Of a stretch of 64,000 bases of DNA, positions 13,188 to 24,454 are shown piece by piece. Position 1 is the stretch's first letter, and each line of letters begins with the position of its first letter. The notes beneath the pieces are model-generated. The model had not been told where the DNA came from. It did not search any database and was given only the letters and a program-made list of their open reading frames with translations. The translations under genes were made by a program, and so were the position numbers. Source of the DNA: Takakia lepidozioides (Eukaryota > Plantae > Bryophyta); NCBI GenBank assembly GCA_030704615.1, contig CM060734.1:62620001-62684000 (forward strand), in the 5' to 3' direction.

Positions 13188-16100
13188 GTGTTGCACATAT
13201 ATTACATGAAAGGTCTGGAAGCTGGAAAGCAGGTGCACACTCACATTATCCAAAGTGGATTCACGCCAAGTGTTTTTCTCCTTAACACCCTTGTCAACAT
13301 GTATGTGTTAAGTGCGGGACCATCATGGATGCTCACCAAGTGTTCAACCGAATGCCTACACAATCGATTTTTGATCACGTGGCAGGATTACCAAGCATGG
13401 GTGTGGTATGAATGCTTTGGAGACCTATGAGCAAATGCTGCACGAAAGGATGAAGCCCAACCACATCACATTTGTTTGTGTTTGCAATGTGTGTGCAAGC
13501 CTGGGAGCTCTGGAAAAGGGGAAAGAGGTCCGTGGTGACATCGTCAAAGTTGGAATTGTACTAGATGTCATTCTGAACACTGCCCTGGTGGACATGTATG
13601 CCAAATGTGGGTGCATTGAGGATGCGAAGGGAGTTTTCAACGCTATGGCTGAACAAGATGTGGTGTCGTGGCACACGATGCTTGCAGGATATGCACAGCA
13701 GGGACGTCGGATTGTGGCTTTGGAGACCTATGATCAAATGATGTGGGCAGGGGTGAAGGCCAACCACATCACGTTTGTGTGCATTTGCAATGCGTGTGCA
13801 AGCCTTGCAGCCCTTGAAAAGGGCAAAGAGGTCCATGGTTGCATCGCGAAAGCTGCAATTGTACCAGATGCAAAGGGAGTTTTCAACAATATGGCTTAAC
13901 AAGATGTTGTATCGTGGCACGCGATGCTTGCAGGGTATGCACAACAGGGACATGGGATGGTGGCTTTGGAGACCTATGATCAAATGATGGGGGAAGGGGT
14001 GAAGCCCAAACACATCATGTTTGTGTGTGATTGCAATGCATGTGCAAGCCTGGCGGCCCTGGAAAAGGGCAAAGAGGTCCATGGTTGCATCGCGAAAGCT
14101 AGAATTGTACCAGATGTCATTCTGACCGATACCCTCGTGGACATGTCTGCCAAATGTGGGAGGCATTTCAGCAGATTCAGATACGTTTGTCTATCTCTTG
14201 CTTAAGTGCATCAAGATGAAAGGTCTGGAAGCTGGAAAGCAGGTGCACATTCCCATTATCCGAACAAGGATGCGAAGGGAGTTTTCAACACTATGGCTGA
14301 ACAAGATGTGGTGTCATGGCATGCAATGCTTGCAGGGTAAGCACAACAGGGACGTGGGTTGGTGGCTTTGGAGACCTAGCTATGATCAAATGATGGGGGA
14401 AGGGGTGAAGCCTAACCACATCACGTTTGTGTGTGATTGCAATGCTTGTGCAAGTCTGGCAGCCCTGGAAAAGGGCAAAGAGGTCCATGGTGACATCGTC
14501 AAATCTGGAATTGTACCAGATGTCATTCTGAACTCTTCCCTCGTGGACATGTATGCAAATGTGGGAGGCATTTCAGCAGATTCAGATACGTTTGTCTGTC
14601 TCTTGCTTAAGTGTATCAAGATGAAAGGTCTGGAAGCTGGAAAGCAGGTGCATGCGAAGGGAGTTTTTGACACTATGGCTGAACAAGATGTGGTGTCGTG
14701 GCACGCGATGCTTGCAGGGTATGCACAGCAGGGACGTGGGATGGTGGCTTTGGAGACCTATGATCAAATGATGGGGGAAGGGATGAAGCCCAACCACATC
14801 ACGTTTGTGTGCATTTGCAATGCATGTGCAAGCCTGGCAGCCCTGGAAAAGGGCAAAGAGGTGCATGGCTGCATCGTGAAAGCTGGAATTGTACCACATG
14901 TCATTCTGAACTCTACCCTCGTGGACATGTATACCAAATGTGGGAGGCATTTCAGCAGATTCAGACACGTTTGTTTGTCTCTTGCTTAAGTGCATCAAGA
15001 TGAAAGGTCTGGAAACTGGAAAGCAGGTGAACACACACATTATCCAAAGTGGATTCATGCCAAGGATGCGAAGGGACTTCTCAACACTATGGCTGAACAA
15101 GATGTGGTGTCATGGCACGCGATGCTTGCAGGGTATGCACAACAGGGACGTGGGTTGGTGGCTTTGGAGACCTATGATCAAATGATGGGGGAAGGGATGA
15201 AGCCTAACCACATCACGTTTGTGTGTGATTGCAATGTTTGTGCAAGTCTGGCAGCCCTGGAAAATGGCAAAGAGGTCCATGGTGACATTGTCAAATCTGG
15301 AATTGTACCAGATGTCATTCTGAACTCTTCCCTCGTGGACATGTATGCCAAATGTGGGAGGCATTTCAGCAAATTCAGATACGTTTGTCTGTCTCTTGCT
15401 TAAGTGTATCAAGATGAAAGGTCTGGAAGCTGGAAAGCAGGTGCACACTCACATTATCCAAAGTGGATTCACGTAGTTTGCACAATTAACACGGTTTGCA
15501 AACTTGAGTGGAAGGGGTGATGCCCGACCACATCACGTCTCTGTGCATTTGCAATGCGTCTACAAGCCTGGTAGCTATGGAAAAGGGCGAAGAGGTGCAT
15601 GGCGACATTGTCAGAGCTGCAATTGTACCAAATGTCATTATTGTGGACATGTATGAAGAGAGTGTTCGACAGTATGGCTGAACGAGATGTGGTGTCGTGG
15701 AGTGCGATGATTGCAGGATATGCACAGCAAGGGCGCGGCATAGAGGCTTTGGAGACCTATGAGCAAATGATGTGCGAAGGGGTGAAGCCCAACCACATAA
15801 CGTTTGTTTGCATTTGCAATGTGTGTGCAAGCCTGGCAGCTCTGGAAAAGTGCAAAGAGGTCCATGGTAGCATCATCAAATCTGGAATTGTACCCGATGT
15901 CATTCTGAACACTGCTCTGGTGAATGCATGCATCGTGGATCCAAAGGGACAGTATGGCTGAACGAGATGTTCGTGGAACGCGATGCTTGCAGGGTATGCA
16001 TAGCAGGGGCGCGGGATGGAGGCTTTGGAGACCTATGAGCAGATGATGGGGGAAGGGGTGAAGCCCGACCACATCACGTTTGTGTGCGTTTGCAGTGCAT

Positions 16101-16566
16101 GTGCAAGCCTAGTAGCCCTGGAAGGGCAAAGAGGTGCATGGTTGCATCGCCAAAGCTAGAATTGTACCAGATGTGGTTCTGAACAATACCCTTGTGGACA
16201 TATATGCCAAATGTGGGAGCATTGAGGATGCGGAGGGGGTGTTCCATAGTATGGCTGAACGAGATTTGGTGTCATGGAACGCCATGCTTGCAGGATATGC
16301 ACAGCAAGGGCGCGGGATGAGCATTGCAGACCTATGAGCAAATGATGGGGGAAGGGGTGAAGCCCGACCACATCACCTTTATATGTGTTCTCTCTACATG
16401 CAGCCACACTGGCCTACTGAATGAAGGAAGACGCTACTTCGATTCCTTGAGTCAAGATCATGGTGTCACTCCGACAGTAAAGCACTTTGGCTGCATGGTG
16501 GAACTTCTTGGACGTGTGGGACAACTGGATGAGGCAGTGGACTTGATTAATAAAATGCGACACAAG
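13188..16566 (+). pseudogene. PLS-class PPR (RNA-editing-factor type) pseudogene with internal tandem duplications
   Basis: Repeated P-L-S motifs (LVDMYAKCG.IEDA..VF..MAE.DVVSW), frameshifts and stops; ends with the L2-S2 region FICVLSTCSHTGLLNEGRRYFDSLSQDHGVTPTVKHFGCMVELLGRVGQLDEAVDLINKM. Confidence 0.9.
14161..15470 (+). repeat. About 400-bp tandem duplication (three full units plus a partial one) within the PPR pseudogene
   Basis: The junction tgggaggcatttcagcagattcagatacgtttgtc recurs at about 14157, 14562, 14941 and 15355. Confidence 0.85.
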
Positions 16567-16949
16567 TGCCCATGTGGACTGGTACAGTGACCTGCACCAC
16601 ATTATAACGGGCCGGAGGTGGCCCTTTGTCCCTTATCTCTATTCCGTAAAACTTCCTGTCACAATTACATGAGGTTCTTCTTGAGAGTTTCCTTGTGGAG
16701 AGTATCCTTCTGAGCCGGTTTGCTTTCAAGCAAATCTTTTTCCTCACTCTCCTTCTTGATACTCTCCATTGGCTTCCATAAGCTCTAGTTGGAAAAGCTC
16801 AGACCCCAACTTACCATGACAAACCCTCAATATGCTATTAACTTAAAGAGCAGTGACCATGGGAACTCCCATTATACTGGGAAGCTGTAGAGCATACATA
16901 ATAGATTCTGTATGGTTGAACAAACAGGCAGGACACAGAAAAATGACAG

Positions 16950-17252
16950 CATGGATTTCCTTAATTCTGGGATGCAACTTGTCATCTACAACGAAGGTGT
17001 GCACACCCTGTTGCCGACCCCAATGCAGCAGCGACTTGGCTCCTTTCTAACCCCTTTGACCTTCATCATTCTTCTCACCTTTGCAGTATCATCCCACCTG
17101 TCAGCTGCAGCATAGATGTTTGATAACAACACTTAAGTAGTGGCGTTCTATTCATCCCACTTGAGGATGGATGTTCTCGCACGTTCAGCCATCCCCACTT
17201 TGAAATGGATTCTGCAGGCACCTAGCAAGGCCTTCCACACCACAACATCTGG
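16950..17252 (-). pseudogene. PPR E1/E2/E+ extension, inverted relative to its PLS array
   Basis: Minus strand reads PDVVVWKALLGACRIHFKVGMAERA...VLLSNIYAAADRWDDTAKVRRMMKVKGVRKEP...VHTFVVDDKLHPRIKEIHA with stops and a frameshift; no DYW domain seen. Confidence 0.88.
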
Positions 17253-18139
17253 ATTTAGTTAGGTGAAGTAAGATTTCCAGAGATTATTACACCCATTCTT
17301 CAGAAAGTTTGTCAGTACTTTTGTCGGTCCTAATAGCTGATGAAATTAGTGAAGAGGTCTAGCTGCTAGTTATGTCTCTTCAAGATGTTGAGAGTCCAAA
17401 TTTGGTGACACTCCTTACATGTGCTCTTTTATTCATACTTTCCACTTTAGACTTTGCTGGCATTGCAGTGGTAAGCAGACTGAATTTCATGTTGAACCTA
17501 AAATTCTGCTGGAACTTAATGATGGCAGCCAGTGATTGTTGTATGGTCTTTCTACAACAAAAATTATTGGGTCATGGGGATGTGTAGTGACCTGTGCAGC
17601 ACTCCACTGTACAAAATGCTAATGTCCAGCATAAAACAAAAAAAACATGTGTATAATTTCAAATAATATGGAAAAACAAAATGTTAATGCGGACAGACAG
17701 AATCCAGATAAAATATAAACCAAGTGAAAATAAAGATGAAAAAGATACCATATAAACAACATTTATAAACAAAATCTACTTGTTGTATCAAAACATGTCA
17801 GAGTCATTACATGTCAGACTCATTACACTGGTCAAATTATAATCCGATGAAACAAGCCTCGAATTGCAATGGGCTCTCTTGCTTTGGCAAAACGTAAGAG
17901 GATGGGAAACTACGACCACATTTTCTCCCTTGACTTCAACGTGATGCGTAGTCTATCTCATAAAACTTGAATATAGCCCATCTATCTGGACGTTGTTCTC
18001 AGAAGTCGTTGCTAGTAGTGCGGAGCAACGCGAAGCCCTAGTGTATAAACTTCAGGAGAAAAAGCAGTTTCTATTTGGCTCATAAAGCAAGTTCCACTAT
18101 TCACTCGACGTTTAGTAAGAGTTGAATGAGATACCAACA

Positions 18140-18355
18140 GTCAGTAGCTTAGTTGGTGAAGTGCACTGAGTGCCACCCAGATGATTATGGGGTCAAATCT
18201 TGCTACTGACGAGTGTGGTATGTTCCTGGGTGGTGTCCCATTCCAACGCCACATGGCGGGGTTACTGTGAAAGAGGTTATACTATTAAGGGGGCCTGATT
18301 TGTGAGCTATCGCTCCCAGGTGTTTCCATTACATTAAAAAATAAATTAAAAAAAC
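18140..18355 (+). mobile_element. tRNA-derived SINE
   Basis: A-box TAGCTTAGTTGG, B-box-like GGTCAAATC, pairing ends gtcagtag...ctactgac, A-rich tail at about 18336-18354. Confidence 0.55.
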
Positions 18356-18662
18356 GGGTGTCGGGTGAAAAACTCGCTTCATGATCCGTGGCCTGATGGA
18401 TGATTGGAGCACCAGTCATATTCATAACCGCGACTGAGCTTGTGAAGGTCGTTACTATGTAACATACAAGACAACTCAATCAAATATGTGAGCAAAACAT
18501 GGCACAATGACACAATACCATGAAATGAAATGAAAGACAATGGGGAGACATTGATGATAAACAACCAGGTTTTATTTCAGAACCATGTCAATTTGAGTAA
18601 GTCTCGCTCCATGCGGCATGGACCAATACAAGTAACGTAAACCATGTCAATGAGAGTATCAA

Positions 18663-18965
18663 CTTCTAGAAGGAGGGCTGAACTCCGTTAATACAAGACG
18701 ATGTCGGCCGACGTACTTATGATGAAAATATTTTGAGGAAAGTCATTTCCAAAAATCACGATATTTTAACAAGGTTGGAGGGACCATTTTCAAATCTGTA
18801 TTCTTCCGTTGTTCCGAAGGTTTTCGTCAGCAGAAGATGGAAGAAGTCCCTGAAATGTTGTCTCGAGAATCATTGATATGGTGATGACCTCACAAAAAAT
18901 ATCCTACAATATTACGCCAACCAACAATGTCTTGTGCGACCGAAGTTCAGCTGTACTTCTCGAAG
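18663..18965. ncRNA. Long imperfect hairpin (candidate hpRNA/miRNA-like precursor)
   Basis: cttctagaaggagggctgaactccgttaatacaagac pairs with gtcttgtgcgaccgaagttcagctgtacttctcgaag, and pairing continues inward. Confidence 0.5.
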
Positions 18966-19207
18966 AATTGGTGATCTTGCAGACTTTCAGTGAATCGCGA
19001 AGATGATGAATTACTCGTATGTTCTTCAAAGCATAATGTCCAAGTAACTGACCCTGGAGTAAGATGCTGAAAGTATCCAATTGGGGAGTAAGTATGTTGC
19101 TCGTATGCTTCTGGAGAGTGGCTCGATGGCGAGTACGTTGATGGAGAGAGTGACGTTTTCTGCGAAATCTTCAAGGAAATAGTGTCGGGTGACCAGTCGA
19201 GGTTCAT
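18947..19207 (-). CDS. Exon of unknown TE cargo protein with YSP repeats and the YSPI.YF...PGS motif
   Basis: STYSPSSHSPEAYEQHTYSPIGYFQHLTPGSVTWTLCFEEH resembles the motif found twice at about 46.05-46.42 kb. Confidence 0.45.
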   Translation of the reverse strand: MNLDWSPDTISLKISQKTSLSPSTYSPSSHSPEAYEQHTYSPIGYFQHLTPGSVTWTLCFEEHTSNSSSSRFTESLQDHQFFEKYS

Positions 19208-19316
19208 CAGTGACGGGCTGTGGTACTTCTAACGATTTACTGTAAAGCACTCGTAAACCGATCACCAACTAAATAATCTCCAACTAACTAACCACCAACT
19301 AACTGATTGGAGCTGT

Positions 19317-19810
19317 CACAAGCAATGTCAAAAATCCTATTTACTGCTAGGTATTTGATGCTATTGTTGTTCCTGTAGGTGAATTGTATAGTAGTTATTT
19401 TGTTATTTCCATGGGAATAGTATCAGGTCCCCAGAGATTGTCATGTTCAGATTCTCGTATCAGCCACGGCCCACCATCATTGACCAATATAAAACCATCA
19501 GCTGCATGTCAGCTGAGAACTAGATCTTCGATTCATTGTATGCGACTCCAGAGAAACACCCTAGCCCACAAGTAGTTGGCCAGCAGCTTGAGATATTTCT
19601 CCGGGCTGTGATTGAATGAACTGGAGATTTCATTCTTAGCTGATGGTTTCATGTAGGTGATGCCTGATTCCGATTTCAGAATATGGCAGTCTCAGTGAAC
19701 CTGATGTTGTTGGAATGGGAATAGCAAAAAGACTCTTATAGAAATCAGCTACATGAACATACGCAGTATCAAGCACCTTGAAGTACATATGATTGTTGAG
19801 ATTGTTTGCA
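19317..19810. ncRNA. Long imperfect hairpin (about 145-nt arms) homologous to 26615-26992
   Basis: Arm 19317-19467 aligns collinearly with the reverse complement of about 19660-19810; an inner stem (tcagctgagaa / ttcttagctga) continues it. Confidence 0.6.
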
Positions 19811-21077
19811 CAGATTGTTAGCGACGGTGTTCCTCCTTTGGCGTCCAGTCCACATGAAAATGACGAGAATGTCGCTGGAGATTGACGTTCAATTGCTGAC
19901 ATTCTGCCTCCTCACTATGCCTGCAGAATCATCACATCTTCAAATGACAGCATTTTCGTTGCTGAATGCGTGAGCATAGAAAAAACATCACTCCGACCAA
20001 TCACATGTGGCACTGTTGAGGTAATATAACACTTTGGCAATCGGTTGGAGAACCAGGATGATGCTGAATTCCACTTTTCGAACCACGAGTGATCGCGCGA
20101 CAGATCTCTGCCTCTACCACCATTGAGAACCCCAAAGAGCCGAGTGCATCCAGATTTCAATCAACCACAATGGTGCCATCAGTTCGTCAGGGAAGGAATT
20201 TCGAAGCCGCCAAAATTACTTCAATCCATTTGAAGAGAGATTTTAACAGAGGTTCATAATCCGCTCAGGAACAAAGGAGACGACCATCGTGGGAGCTTGA
20301 ATTACGAGTTAGGAACCCGAATTGAGTCATAGACGATGATCGTGTCACTTGTTCCCCATCGTAATATGAAAACAACGGAAAAATTCTTCTCCTCCTACCT
20401 CCTCCAGCCTCCAGCCTGATCTGTTATTGCTTAAACTGACAATGAAGTCAACTTGTTTTGATAACATCTGATGGCACTGCTGATCCATGCTAGCTCCACA
20501 AGAGGATATATGAAGGAACCACGCGCGATCGCACGTGATTTCTCTCAAACTTCGATGACTAACATTATAGCCGAAAGGATCTGGCATAACATTGACAGAG
20601 TTAAATAACGTATGTGTGTAATGAACAGCCCGACAATAGTTTAATTCATCAATAACACAGAGTTGCTTCCCAAACAGCTCACACTCAACCCATATGTTCG
20701 AGATCGCCGTCGGTTACCACTGATGGCGGAATTTTGTGCACCCGAGGAGATGGATACAGTGGGAGATTGATGTAAGATATGACCAGACACCTCACTGGTA
20801 GCTGTACTTGATGACCTTAACAAACGTAAAGCCTCGCGGTCTCTCCGCTCAGCCTTACGCTGCCATTCCTCTTTCTTCTCCTGTCGAATTTGATTCTAAA
20901 CTTGACACTGGAATATAACTGTGTGGAGGCAGCACAGAAGGGAATTGTTAAAGAAATACAAAGATCATTGAAATATCATTGATCTCACAAAAGTCATGTG
21001 AAGTCAACATACGTATAAGTACAAATGGAGGTTGAAGTAAAGCTGATGGACTACACACAAAATAGGGCAATGTTAAA

Positions 21078-21870
21078 CTACGTACCCAGATAATCGGGAT
21101 TTTTTTTAGGGGGGTGCCAAACAGAAGCATCCATAAATCTTCCAAACCAGGACCAGTAGACGTGATTTCGATCTATCGGAGGGCCGGAAGATTTGCAGGA
21201 GTTCTTGCCGACGTAATCAACAACGGACTGGGCTCCAATCAAGCTAGAGAGAAAAGACCACAAAGCTTTGGTGAGGTCAACCAAATCCTCCAAATTGCTT
21301 GATTCCTTGAATGTGATGGGGAAGACTCCAGTATTCACTAGGTTTTCGGTTGCCTTGGATGGGTCATCGTCGACCAATAGAATTTGCCCCTGCCTAGCAA
21401 ATTCTTTCCTACTAAATTTTACGAGAATACTCTTAATATCTTTAATAAGATATTTCATTCCAGGCTTAATACGTCCAGCTGTATCTGTGCAATGCTCGGC
21501 AGACCATATGAAACGAAATTGTTTCATAATTTTCGGAGGAACGAAACACCCCATCATCTTGAATACAGTATCCCTCTCAGAGCAAGACCAAATCGCTACA
21601 TAAAAATGAGTCAATGCAAGTCGAAAAAACTCCAGCGCTCCAGGTCTTGGAACCACAAATGGTCTTGCGGGCACCCGAAATTGTTACTTTCCTCAAGTGG
21701 AACCTCTGTTTAAATAACTCACCTCCGGTAGGAGGTGGACTGTAGCAAAGAAGTCCATTGACACTCAGTACCAACAACATGCGTTTGTGTTTCCGGACAC
21801 CACACAGTTCTTGAGTAACAACGTTCTGAACCATCCAAAAGAGCCCATTAGTTTCTGTTATCTGACCCAA
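21078..21870 (-). pseudogene. FCP1-homology / NIF-family HAD (CTD-phosphatase-like) domain; probably part of a spliced gene with upstream exons at about 22.2-23.1 kb
   Basis: LLVLSVNGLL...(frameshift)...VVPRPGALEFFRLALTHFYVAIWSCS...FIWSAEHC...YLIKDI...ILLVDDDPSKATEN..NTGVFP. Confidence 0.8.
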
Positions 21871-23554
21871 AAATTAGATATTTCCCATACATTTTGCAAC
21901 TCAAAAAATGCCACGACATACTTGCGTTTTGTGATTTACCTAGTTTCTATACACTGATTTTCAAATGGAATATTTTGCGAAGGTAATATTTTCAGCATTA
22001 CGACACCCAATTGAGACTTGAGACAAAAAATCACAATCGGGAGTCTATGAGTTTCCTGCAACCATGCGCGATCGCGCGAGGTTACTCTGTGTAAAGTTGT
22101 GTCGACAATGTAAATGATATATGTAATGATTACTAGGAAGCCAGAACCAATAAGACAGAGGACCAAGTGAAGGAGATACTTATTACCTTTGCTAGATTTA
22201 CCCTTCGATTCTGAGGCGGGTTACCACTGGAGGCAGGTGAATGTTAAAGGGATAAGAGAACGCCAGATGCTGTTTTTTCATCGTCGGACACGACCGCTGC
22301 TGATTGCTGTGATCTGTGACGTTTCCTTGACACAGGACCATTCGGAATTATGGGGGGTTTGGATATATGTCGGTCTTGTCGGTGTGCTGACCTCAGTCGA
22401 CGAATGAGTGAGTTCAATAACCTTCTCGCTGACGGTTGGCAGTGGAATTCGGTTTCTTTCTTTCTGCACATCCTAAACCGAATTCAAACGGAAAAAAAGG
22501 GATTACCTTGGAATACAACCCCACAGAAGTTGCCGCTTCACAAGAAGGTCATACGTTGCAGCTTTTCTGGCCTAGAGTAAAGAGAGAAAATTAGAGGATG
22601 AACAGAAACACGGTAACAATAAAACGCATGGATGAAATAGAATTAAATCACCTGACTTCTCAGCAGCTGAGGTGTCCAGCCTCGTGATCCGGGCAGTTCA
22701 GCGATAGTTGCAATCAATTGTTCGGTAGGCTCATGTAGATGCCCCGTGACGGCGTCTGGTGGAAAGTGTTGGGATAAGGACGGAGTTCCAAAGAGGATTC
22801 CCCAAGATAGTGAGAGTCATTTTTCACTATGCATCCAACCTCAGTTAAATCATCGACCCTGCTAACGGTGGATTCACCTTTTGACATTTTGAGCCTCGAA
22901 ACAACATCCGAAACACTGATGGGATCACTCTCCATAACAACAATGGATACTTGAGTAGACAACAAGTTGTCAGGTCCTTGGAAAGCTTCTGGCCTGATCA
23001 TTTCTACATCGTCAACAATATCAGACGATATTGTTTCGCCAATTGGAGATGCATTTGTGGCATGGAGAACATATTGATATGGGCATACCTGCAAATGACA
23101 TATATGTCAACAAAGTTAAGTTGGAAGAACGCGTGACCACGCGAGGTTCCGAAAAGAAATCGATGGACATAAAGGAACAACGAATCCATTGACCGTTACA
23201 TATGGTTTGGCAATATAACAATTTCCATGCAAAGCAAAAGAATATCAGAAGAAAACTGAAACTCCATGGTCTTCACAATCAATTATAAATAGTAAACTGT
23301 GTCCACAGTAGGACGCGAATATTTACTTATCATTTACTCGGAAACCTAGTTATCATTCCTGACGTGATGTGGCGCTGACACGTCGGCCGTCACGTCCGAC
23401 GTGCGTCATGTCACGTCGAATCCGGACGTTTATCCACGTAATTTTTTTTATATTTAACTTTTACGATTTACTTCTACCCTTTGTAATGACATGGCAGCCA
23501 CGGTGTAAAACAGACGTGGCCAATTATTAATATTTATTAATTCTTTTTAAAAAA

Positions 23555-23832
23555 ATGAGTCCGCCTTTATTGGCAGTCGCTTGTACTTTAATATTTTATT
23601 AAATTAAGCGACTGCCAGTATTGGCGGTCGCCCGTAATTTTATTTTTTTAAATGAAGCGACCGCCGAAATTGACGGTCGCCCGTAATTTATTTATTTTTA
23701 AATGAAGCGACCGCCCATATTGGCGGTCGCCCGTAATTTATTTATTTTTAAATGAAGCGACCGCCCAAATTGGCGGTCGTCCGTAATTTATTTATTTATA
23801 AATGAAACGACCGCCCATATTGGCGGTCGCTT
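23555..23832. repeat. Left array of GCGACCGCC-N5/6-GGCGGTCGC palindromes
   Basis: About six units of roughly 50 bp separated by AT-only linkers. Confidence 0.9.
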
Positions 23833-24454
23833 GTATTTTATTACATTTTAAAATAAGTAGTCGCGTGTTTTTTTGTTCTTAGAAATCCAGAGACCCGCCG
23901 TGTGGCATTTTTTATTTATTTTTAATCATGAAGCGGCGCCTCGGCCAGCCACGTGGCGAGGTGCCACAGGTCAGGAAAAACGAAACAAATGGGATAGGGG
24001 GAGGTGGTTTTGAACCCTTGACCTCTCCCATGTGGATGCGCGTGGCGAGGCGCCACTGGCCTGTCGCGCCTTTTCAAGCATAATGCCATTTTATTTTATT
24101 TTTGGGAGGGGGGGTTGGGCGCCTGTATAAACCATTCCCCCCTCCTTTTCTAATCACTTTTGCCCCTCTTGTGGTATGGTTCTTTGGCATCCTGTAGTCC
24201 TTTCGGACTTCGTTGCTTGGCACTGCCAACGGGAGGTGCAAAGGTGATTATTTGGGGGGGGGGAAGGTTTTGTCGGTCTTCTATTGGTCAGTCCCACACA
24301 CTTGTTCACGGTACAATCATCGTATCACCATTTTGCCGTTTCCGGATCTCCGGCGGCCTGTTTTTTTTGCAGAAAACTACGAAGACACCATCCACACGCG
24401 TTCATTGTCATTTTTCTGAGGTTTTGGACCCTGTAGTGGGCAAAGGTTTATACA

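Noticed and set aside
13561-16072. Long minus-strand ORFs over the PPR region
   Set aside because: Antisense shadows of the PPR repeats
16950-17252. In-frame stops as sites repaired by U-to-C editing
   Set aside because: This is nuclear sequence with accompanying frameshifts; ordinary mutational decay, including methyl-C deamination, explains the stops
18140-18212. Functional tRNA gene
   Set aside because: B-box is degenerate, no clean cloverleaf, and it is followed by a body and A-rich tail typical of a SINE
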